Shown here piece by piece: positions 53,945-64,000 of a DNA stretch of 64,000 nt. Source of the DNA: Trichoplax adhaerens (lineage: Eukaryota > Animalia > Placozoa); NCBI RefSeq assembly GCF_000150275.1, contig NW_002060946.1, forward strand, positions 739,562 through 803,561, read 5' to 3'. Position 1 is the stretch's first letter; each line of letters starts with the position of its first letter. Under the pieces are notes generated by a model, which worked only from the letters and a program-made list of their open reading frames with translations, was not told the DNA's origin and ran no database searches. The position numbers and the translations under genes are program-made.

Positions 53945-56900
53945 ATGATGGCCGCAGATGGCGATGATGCTAATGAATCGACCAAGCTAACGTAACAGAA
54001 TTATTTGTATCATTCAGATGATTAAATTTTTGTATTAAATGCTCAATAGATTGATATGATATTCTGCTTCTTTCCAGCCATAAACAACGCAGGCAATTAT
54101 TGAAGAAGGAAAAACGTCGCCAAAAGAGAATCATATTAGCTAAGGAAAAGGAAGCTGAACAAACTAAAAGTACTCTATGCAATATATAAATTAACTATAA
54201 GAGACCTTAAAATTTATATAGCATATAGTAGATATTATGACCTTTGTCTGAAATTGTTCAAATTTTGATTCGATGTGTTATGCATGGCACCTCCAATATG
54301 TGTAGTCGTAGCTGCTGCAGGTGATCGTGTTTACTGACAAAGAATACATGTATAAGTTTTACACAAACCCCAAAGGTGGATAGTGCACGAAATAATATTC
54401 AAGTTTTACGGAATTATTGCCCTTACTTATATCATCATAGGCAGTGGAGAATGTTGCATTGAATGATGTGATTATCACTTTCAAGATTTGCATTAGTTAT
54501 TAAAATCGAGATTTAGGGATTAATCATAGTATACTTATACCCATATAGTAGTAATGACCTGCAAAACAATATAGTGAATGTATGCATTCTCCATTCTATC
54601 TTACTCAACGTTACTTTTGCAATTTAATTCTCTAGATCCTTCGTAATTATAATCACTATTAAAATTTATTACACTGCTTCTACGTTTGTACTGACGAAAG
54701 CTCAATTGTTAGCTTATTTATGAATATTTTTTACTACTGTTGCATATCTGGTTAGCCCTTGACGCCGTAATTGAGAAGCATGGTAGTATGTAAGTATCAA
54801 ATTACGTACGCATATTTAAATATGGCATACGCATTGGAGTGAATTACTGACGAAATGGTAAAGACTGTTTATTGATTTCATCTTATGACTGTTTCAACAG
54901 TGAGGGATATGAGGAATTTCAAGTAGGTAAAGAAGAGGAGGAATTGAAGGAACGGTAATTTATTTTTACGACTTATATTCTATTTGAATTGACACTTTCT
55001 ATAGGTGCATATGTCTAATGTTAATTCTTCATGTAATGGCTTGAATAGAGCTAGATTGCATCAGGTATGGCTAAAAAAGGAGGAAAAATTTAGAAATGAA
55101 TTCCAGTCTAGGCAGGAACTAATCAAGAGAATACAAGAAGAGGAGAAGCAAAGGGTGAGTACAATTATTTGATTGTATACAGATCTTGATGATGCTGTAA
55201 TGACGGTATTTCGCTAAAAATTTGTCTCTTCTGCAAATATCATAGGCTGCGGAAAATAATGTTAGTATGGAAACAGATTATCAGGAAATTGACTGGCTTT
55301 CATGTTATTTGTATCATGTTCTGGTAGACCATATTATGTTGTTAATTTTCTTATGGAGGCTGTATACTGTAGATATTAAGTCTATACAGCCATATACATT
55401 TTAAAAATACGACCTACAAACTTGTTAATTGATATTCTTTGTAGCTTTGAGGATTATAAAATTTTGCTATACTTTCTGTGGCGACATAGCCTGATTTAAA
55501 ATGTTAATGACTTTACGCAAATTAAACGATTAAATAGGGCTACTGTAAAAACTAACTAGCCTATGACTATGTTACTTCGCTTAACTTAATAAACCTCAAA
55601 TTAGGAAAGCAACACATCTGGCAGCGATGCGGATGAATCAAATCAGGTTATTGTTCTCAACTTTATTTTCAATATTCAGTAAATATAGCTAGGGATGCAA
55701 CTTATTTACGTAATTAATTGATCTTAAAGTTTCTGAGACTGTTTGATGTTTAATATGAATGTTATAAAATTCATTAGGATAAGACGCCATTCCATAATCC
55801 CTTTGCTGCGTCAACTAACAATCAGTATGTTAAAGGCGAAGAGGTAAATATGGTTGCATCATCTCTAAGTAGAAATGTTCCTTCTTAAATGCAATGATAA
55901 GATTATGCAGCAATAGCTGTTGTGAATTGTTTAATGTTTTAGTGATCTGTTATGATTGTTGTACCACATATGCCTCACTTTTTACAGACTTTTGTTGAAT
56001 CAAAACCATGCCCGTTCTTCAATAAAACTGGAGTTTGCAGATTTGGAGATAGGTTATAATTGTTAATGCAACACAGATTATACGTGCAGATATCGGGCTA
56101 CTTAGATTTGTCAAAACATTCTTTTCCGTAGGTGTTCTCGCTTACATGTACATCCTGAAAGTAGTCGTGTGCTCCTTATACCAAATATGTTTACGAGTAT
56201 TGGTTTATCGGAAGGTTTACAGGATGAACAAGAATTTGATACTAACTTAGAAGTAATTAACAGAATCCATTATTTTTTAATAGTTTTGGAAAGATTTCAT
56301 GGTACCTTTTGTTGTCGTTATCTTAGTACTCCGAAAATGACTTAAGATCACAATTTATAGAATTTTATAACGATATTTATCCAGAATTTCAAGCTGCTGG
56401 CGAAATTAGAGAATTTAAAGTATGAATAGTCATGAAGTTATTTACTAATGAATATGATTTATGATATCTATTTAACAAATGCTTTTCTTTCTATTAATTG
56501 TAATTGCTGTTTATCAATTATCTTTTCAAGATTTGCTGTAATTATGAGCCTCATCTTCGCGGTAATGTGTATGTAGAGTATCAGAGGTAAGACCTACTTG
56601 AGAATAAGGAAAACTTAAATGATAATTGTACTAAGGTTTATTGCTAAATCTGATATTATAGTGAAGAAGAATGCCATAAAGCTTTTCGGATGTTTCATGG
56701 TCGTTGGTACGCACAGCGGCAGTTATTTTGCCAATTTTCTCCGGTTAATAATTGGAAGTCTGCTATATGTGGTTCGTTGCTTCAATATTGCATTTACTTG
56801 TATACCTGTACCGATTGTTTGATACATTTTCGTAACTATCATAAACCTATTTACTTTCCTTTAAGGTTTGTTTCGTCAAAAACGCTGTCCAAAAGGAAAG

Positions 56901-57447
56901 CATTGCAATTTTTTGCATGTTTTTGAAAACCCTGTAGCACAGTCTACAAGATCTGCCTTTAATGATAGACATAGAAGACATAGTTTTAATAATAATCGTT
57001 CCGTGAGAGACTATGGTAAAATAGAGAATAGAAGTTCACGTTCCGATAGGCACCGCAATCATGATGATAGAGTGAGAAGGTCCGATTGGCACGATAGACA
57101 TAATCGACGTGACAGAAGGTATAGATATGTAGATGTAACTATTGCTGGTCGTATGCACTATTTTGTATTATTAACCTTACCTTAAATATCTTAATTTATG
57201 ATGAAAACCGTTGGATTTTAGTCGAGACAATGATAATTATCGTCATGAAAAGCGATCGAAGCGGTCACGATCACCGACACATGATAGCGATAATCACGTA
57301 GATCGAAAACGTAGGAAAAAGCATAAACATAGATCCCGAGATTCTGCGGACAAGGAAGAAAGCCAGCGCGAGTCTATTCGATCAGAGAAACGGGACCGGA
57401 AATCTCATCACAAAAAGAAGAGATCTTCTAGTAAGCATAATGAATAG
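53945..57447 (+). CDS. ZRSR2: U2AF35-related splicing factor (CCCH-UHM/RRM-CCCH plus RS tail)
   Basis: An N-terminal basic/coiled-coil extension (RQLLKKEKRRQKRIILAK; LHQVWLKKEE; PFHNP) precedes CPFFNKTGVCRFGDRCSRLH, LLIPNMF, FIEFYNDIYPEF, KICCNYEPHLRGNVYVEY, FHGRWYAQRQLFCQFSPVNNWKSAICGLF...CPKGKHCNFLHVFENP and an R/S/H/D-rich tail ending at the stop at 57447. The N-terminal extension and the CNxEPHLRGNVYV motif distinguish ZRSR from U2AF1. Confidence 0.94.
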
Positions 57448-58430
57448 CACAGGAGGTAATTCATCGGCTTACTAATTAGGAAGAGTAAATCTATTACATG
57501 GGCAATTTGGTCAGACTGTCTTAGGAACCGTGTTTTATCATACGAAAGGAAGATTAACTTAATCTATGTTATATCACATTGTATATAATGCTAATGCTCC
57601 GAGGGAGAAGCAACCGTCACCACGGTCCAAAAAACTAGACACTCTAAAATATACACTATTGCTTTCTTTGTGTTGGTAATTTCATGAAGATAAAATTTTA
57701 GGTATAGTTTATTCTTACCTTTAATAACGAAATTTACATGAATTTTATACAGACGCTGTATGCACACAAAGTGCGTTAGTAATATTTTTCACAAAGCTAT
57801 TAACATATGATACATAAAATAGCTCAAAAAAGGAACTCATTGTATTGTATTTATCAACAATTCGACAGAACATACTGAAATAAAAAAATTGATCGTAATT
57901 ATATATCTGAAATTGCTCCTATATGAATTAGTATGAAGCATGCGCCAAAATGTTAACGTGTAATCACGCCGGCTGAGTAAGCGCAAGTTTGTTGACATTG
58001 AAATCAGCTATAGCTCAAAGTGTTCTAGTCAGATAAGTACTGCAAGGACATTATTTTACATGAATGGTATACTCCAACACAGACAATCTTGGAAACGTTA
58101 CAATGTTATTTCGCAAATTAGAAAAATTGCTACAATAAAAGAAGGTAAATTCCCTTTAAATTTTTTAGAAAAGAATATCGGTACCATACCTCTAGAGCGG
58201 GTAAGTATCTTACATAATTCAAAGACTTAGATCTTAAAATAGAACAGCGTAAAAATTTAGTTTATTACCATACATCATCATTTTTTTCCATTTTTAGTAA
58301 CATCCTGCTAAGCTCTTGTAAGAGGATTGTAGCTATGACAGTACAGCTACTAAATATAAAGATTTTTAAACATTTTTGAGCCGTTACAACGTCATCCTGT
58401 ACATCTACTGTTGATAACTGACGCTATCTT

Positions 58431-61400
58431 CTAGTTCCTTAATACTGCCAAGGTGACCATTCCGAGTAAAAACGATGCAATAAGCTTGTAAGTCACAGGA
58501 ACATGAAGAAAAGTTGGTACATTGCCCGCTTTTTCTTCTGGCAATGGTAACAGCAAAATGGCAATACAAATAATGGCCAATAGGACAACGATTACATTAA
58601 TGCCACTATCTAGTAATGTGAGAAAGATATTTGGAGCTAGTGTTAGCAAGAAGCAATGTACTGCTACTAAAATGTCATATTGAGGTACATCTATATTTCT
58701 CGAATACATAGTATTATGCAATCGCAATTGTGAGTGCAGAATGGTAGATGGTAATGTACCGGATACGTGTTAAACGATTATTACATGGACAAGTACTTGC
58801 TAGCTAACTCGAACTTGGGAACAACTATCCGGACCATAAATTAGCTATAAATGTTATACTTTAGCCACAGAATAAATAAATGGTAAATGATAATCAAGGT
58901 TATAACACCGTCAAACCTTGTGAATCGTTGATATTGTTGCTGCCATGGCGTTGCATGAAACTTTGACTATTATCATTAATCTGCAAAGGTTATGATAAAT
59001 TTATTAAAAGACATCCTGTGTCCTATTTCGAGAAGTATAAATTGAATTACAACATGATCACTTGTGATATTAATGTCAATTACTTACTGAATTTCGGTTA
59101 TCGGAATTATCAGCTGTAGATCCGCTTTCGACGGCAACTTTGATATCTCTCTTTCCAATGATTTTGTCTACACCATGTTCGTATAACTGAATACGAAACT
59201 TGTTGTTATGCAAATCTTGCAGCGGTTTTTCGTCATTAAAACGTATTAATCTAGATGAGACAAAACATTCATAGCTGAGCTACAGCTAATCTTAAATGCG
59301 ATCTATGTAAGTGATATCCGATACTTGACCAAATGAAACTAAATTACAGATTCTTGTCTGCTCAAGGTGTGGTTATCAACTAGCCATTTATTGATGTTAA
59401 GTTGTCGAGAGTGATTTATTAAAGCGCTCGGAAAAGGAAAACTAAGCTAGAGTTCCAGCTTGAGCTATTATTATTAGTGTAATTTTGTAGGTTCCTGTAT
59501 AGCGTTTAGTAATTTAATTTTTACCAGGAAATAGCACAAACTTAACAAATTGTACCGATATAACTACGAGCTTTTCAAGTTTACGAAGTGATGATTTCTC
59601 TTTAAACCCTTGGTTCGATATAACTTATAGCATGTTTTGTGTCATTTAGGCAAATCAAATTCATATTGTGGTTACATTTAACACTCATTTTGTGTCAATT
59701 GACAGTAGTGTAGCCAATGCTATTGAATATTGAACATTGTAATACAGGTCTATAGAGTTGATGTGTTTCTGTGAAAGAATGTAATTTGATACAGAATCAT
59801 CAACCTAGAGAGTAAGATGAGATCTCTGCTTACTAACATATCGACACGGCATTTAGTCTTGATTAAACCTTCACTATCGGATAGGACATAATTCGACGGA
59901 CAATTGGATAGCACTATGTAGAAAAGAAGAAAGAAATAATATTTCATTGATTGATTTTAAGGTATACACGTAAAGTATAATCTATTAACGTAATATAAAG
60001 TGTAATTATAATTATTACAGCTTTAGATTGTGGCATAAGACTAGGGTATAGTAAAATATGCTGATAGTCCTAAAAATAGCAATACTATATACAGTACAGT
60101 ATAATCATTAGTCAAGTAAAGGTGTGATCAGATATACAGTAGTTATAGTACAGCATAGTGTAATAAGTTCTGCAATAGCTTGACACAGTATAGCGATGAG
60201 ACAAACAAGTCATCATCAAAGCTCATCGCTATCTACGTAATACTTTATATATTACACAGTATGTACTAATTTTGACATGCTAGTTGTTAATTCTTGTTGG
60301 CCGATTAAAGTATATCTCATTATCTACAAGGAAATTGTTATTCTATGGTATAGAAACAATATTCCTTGTTATGATCATTCTATATTGAAAGTCGCTTTTC
60401 TTAAATATATACTTTTTAGTTCTTGTAGGTCAAGCGAAATGACTAGAGTACTTACTATCTTATACTAAAATAGCTATCAATTCATGTTCTAGTACAGATG
60501 TAAACAACGTTTATTATTATCATGTTTATGCGTATGTTGCCTGGGTCGCTTTCTTGTCCGTATAATTTATCGTACTGGGTATGCATGATGCACTAAGTTT
60601 GACAGATTTTTAAATCCTGTAGGGTTATAGCAAAAGTACATTAAAGTTAACTAGAGTGTATGGTGTCATGTATTAAGATAAATGTCATTCCATGTTCTAG
60701 TCTATAGGTGAAAACAATGTTTATTATCATGATCATTCTACAGTATGTTGTCAAAGTCGCATTTTGTATACTGTACTATATGAATAAATGTACAACGGAG
60801 GTATTTCTCCTGTATCTCTCTGACATATCCTAATTTTGACCTCCTTTTTCTTGTAGTAGAGTTATAGGTAAAGTACTGTTAACTAGAGTACAGCTTGTCC
60901 TTTACAAAAGTATTGATCATTTCATGTCCTAGTAGAGGCGTAAATCCTGTTTACGATAATGATTATTATTCAATGCTACCTAATTCACTTTCTTGTATTT
61001 ATGGTATGTAGTAGGTATGTACTAATTTTGAAGTCTTGTAGCATTGTAGGTAAAGTAAGATAGACCAGAAAAAGTCTTATCCTCTACCAAGGCGACAGTC
61101 ATTCTGTGATGTAAACATTATTTACTTATTTTTTGATGATGTTAATGCTATCAGAGTTGCTTTGTTGTATACAGTACTATACATTATACAGTCGATCGTA
61201 TTGTACCTTAAGTAAAATATCAACGACAAATGCTGTACTCAATCCTTCAACAAGAGTCCTACTTCCAATAGGTAGGATACTAAAATTTTTCTGTTAGGAA
61301 TTGCCACCGTACTTAGATTAGTATTTAGATATTATAATCATCAGCTGCAGTAAGTTTCAATACCCTATACTGTACCTTTCAAAAGTAAATCATGCAGTGA

Positions 61401-61728
61401 GAGTATAGTACTATCTATTCTATACTTGCGCTGTCAACTTGAATAAAAATACTTTTCTCCGATTGATCATAATAACATTCTACAGAGCCAAACATGAAAG
61501 TAAGTCTGTCGATTTACCTTTAAACCGTACGGTAAAATCGTAAGTGTTATAAATAGTAAGTATTTGCTTGTAACTCGATTTATCATTCTCGATGAAGGAT
61601 AACGTAGTCGGGAAAGCGAAGACCGGTACATTTTCAACGGTAATATTGTTGTTGTTGTTGTTGTTGTTGTTATTACTTTGTGAAGTTATCATGGATAATT
61701 TCTTGGACGATTTCACAGAAGATTGCAT
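58431..61728 (-). CDS. MOSPD1: Motile sperm domain-containing protein 1/3-like (MSP domain plus two C-terminal TM helices)
   Basis: Exons ~61728-61518 (VPVFAFPTTLSF...KQILTIYNTYDFTVRFK), ~59911-59838 (VLSNCPSNYVLSDSEGLIKTKCRVDI), ~59251-59088 (KFRIQLYEHG...IGKRDI), ~58980-58917 and ~58609-58431 (IICIAILLLP...KLIASFLLGMVTLAVLRN stop). The start codon is uncertain (61728 or 61692). Confidence 0.88.
60255..61185. repeat. Degenerate tandem array of ~200-235-bp units (4-5 copies) in MOSPD intron 1
   Basis: Recurring anchors: actagagt at 60442/60650/60882, catgt(t/c)ctagt at 60483/60691/60923, tatgtactaattttga at 60260/61016. Confidence 0.75.
61646..61675 (-). repeat. (AAC/AAT)n trinucleotide repeat encoding poly-Asn in the MOSPD N-terminus
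   Basis: ttgttgttgttgttgttgttgttgttatta on the + strand, translating to about ten Asn in the MOSPD frame. Confidence 0.9.
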
Positions 61729-64000
61729 CAAGGAATGAAAAATAGATCGTATGAATTAATCTAATTAATAGGCTATAAGCTTGAATTTCTATTCTGGTTG
61801 AATTAATTGGCCATCATGAAGGACATGATCGAATGTTTCTGCTCATCTCGTCATAGCCAAGAAGTGATTGAAGATGAAATCTCAAAGAGGATCGCTGAAT
61901 GATGATTTCTTTCTAGTGTTTTACTACTTCTACTGTCATAGTGTATCGCACCCTCTATAATACCATGGTCAAGACTAAGGACATGGTACTGTACCGTATT
62001 AGTGCACGTTGCCAGATCTGAGCCAGATGATATAGTACACTAACTCAGCAAGATTGGCATTATGTCATGTTCTGACTAGGCTGTGAACTGTATATAATTA
62101 TTCTTTTTCGATATGAAATAGTACCGGCATAATTATTATTATTCATTACCAAATGAACTATTATAGCTTGATGATGCCGACTACACCATCAATTTTTTCT
62201 TTTACCTGTATAGTCTATCTATATACAAGTCGTGTGCCAGCAATGTCTAATGCCAGTCTACTAAAGCTATCAATCTGCATAAAAAGCGCACAGCTGTTGC
62301 AACTATATACGCGTAAATCTCCAAGAGTTACGAGTATTTTAGGAGTATACGACTCAAAAAATGATTAATGATACTGTAATTGCTAATAGATTAAATTAAT
62401 TTCGTGATGCCTCTTATGTAGCAGATAAGCATATTCTTAGTTAACTGCACCTTGCACGGGTATCAGCTGCACGATCTCCATTAATAGGGTTCCCCCTACT
62501 TGCGCTAGCATTTCATGCGTGCCGTACCGTAGCAATAACTTGATGTAAAAGATCTCTGCAAGCATCGGCTTTCACCAGTACTATATGCAACGCAACAGAT
62601 GTTGAATTAAAATTAGTTTTTGATGAATTAAGTAACCACGGGATACACCTTGAGTAAGGGAGATAGAAATTGCATACGCTATAGAATCCCTGTTATATAG
62701 CTTATTCTAATAGCGTACTACATTTACATACGCAGTGAGCCAGGTAATTCAGGAGCATGCAACCGAAAGAAAAATCAATTAGAATTATTGATATATATTA
62801 ACCAGCCTTGTTATGCCCCTTCTAAAGAAAAAGTCGACATGCTTGGGCATGAATGAATCACATTACTACTTGTACTACTTGCTCCAACTCACACAAAGAA
62901 TGTGGTATCTTGTTACATCAACTTCGAAGACTATCACTGAATAAAATAAAATGGGTAAAAATTTTACAATATTTCACATACAATCCTCTTGTTATACCAT
63001 GTGCTGTGTTACGATCGATTTGATAAAGGAATAAATCGAGAGGGGGTGATTATACGACAATCACTTACTGCACAACAACGACAATAGTCACAATTTATGC
63101 GCAGGTTATACAGTAGTAGATGACTAAAGAACGAGAATCGCCTGCAATATATTAGACGCTCTCTTAGTTTTATCTGTCACCTTCAATCAATTAATATTGT
63201 TACTGTGCGTAATAACTCATACGTTGCATACAGTAATATAAAATGATAACCATTTACTCTGATACAACAAAATGCCGCTGTGCTTAGGTAGACAACTGCA
63301 CATAGGCGTATCAAATACTACCATGTCACAATATCAACCAGCTGGCCTTCCAAAGTAAAAAATTTCAACCGATACATCTTTTTCAAAGTTGTTATTGTAC
63401 TTTTTAATTGCATAATCAAGAAGCCTATGATTCAGTGATGCAAAGCAAATGTTGCACTAATTACACAATTTTAGTATTATACTTGTATACTATTCATGTT
63501 AGTTATACAATTGTCGGTGAATGCTTAGTTGCATAGAGGTTGATTGATTACAAACTTGCATTTGCTATATATTCGAAATGAACCTTTACATAAGCAAACA
63601 AAAACAACAAAGCTCTACCGCAATTCAAGTTAAAATAATATTATTTCCAAATAGAGGCATCAATAGATACTCATCCTACGGTACAGTAGTACCCCCCTTT
63701 GAATCACATATACCAGAAAGATATATTCTGCACTGCTAAGTGAAACCATTTTCTAAACAAAATATAACCATTTATAACCTTAGCCTATCGTAATTCTATA
63801 CTATCAGTACAAGCAACATTGAACTTTTATATTTCAGAACCATATAATCAATATGCTGTACTGCAGCTATATATTTTTCCAGGTATACCGCTCTTCAATC
63901 AAGTGGTAGTTTATCAGACGCCATATATTAAATGCCAAATAAAATAATACATCATACGTATATTACGAAGGTATTGTATTATGGGATAAATTACATGCGC

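Overview
AT-rich, intron-dense animal genomic DNA. The short GT-AG introns, compact intergenic spacing and gene content suggest an early-branching metazoan, probably a placozoan such as Trichoplax (inference). Genes were assembled by hand from splice sites, so internal exon boundaries are approximate. In order: first coding exon of a LEM-domain gene running off the left edge (-); CEP164 (+, ~30 exons); an unnamed gene combining a Cys/His zinc-finger-like N-terminus with a SCHIP1/FEZ-like coiled coil (-); three tandem BACE (beta-secretase)-like aspartic protease genes (-) that differ in disulfide pattern and C-terminus; IFT46 (-); SDHD (-) head-to-head with ZRSR2 (+); and a MOSPD1/3-like gene (-). 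Notable non-coding features: a ~230-nt hairpin-dense candidate structured RNA just upstream of IFT46, two X-box-like motifs there, palindromic (CAGTA/TACTG)n tracts concentrated at gene 5' ends, a 135-bp tandem duplication, and a degenerate ~210-230-bp intronic repeat array. CEP164, BACE, IFT46 and SDHD are also linked on human 11q23. No tRNA, rRNA, snRNA, CRISPR array or intact transposase was recognised.
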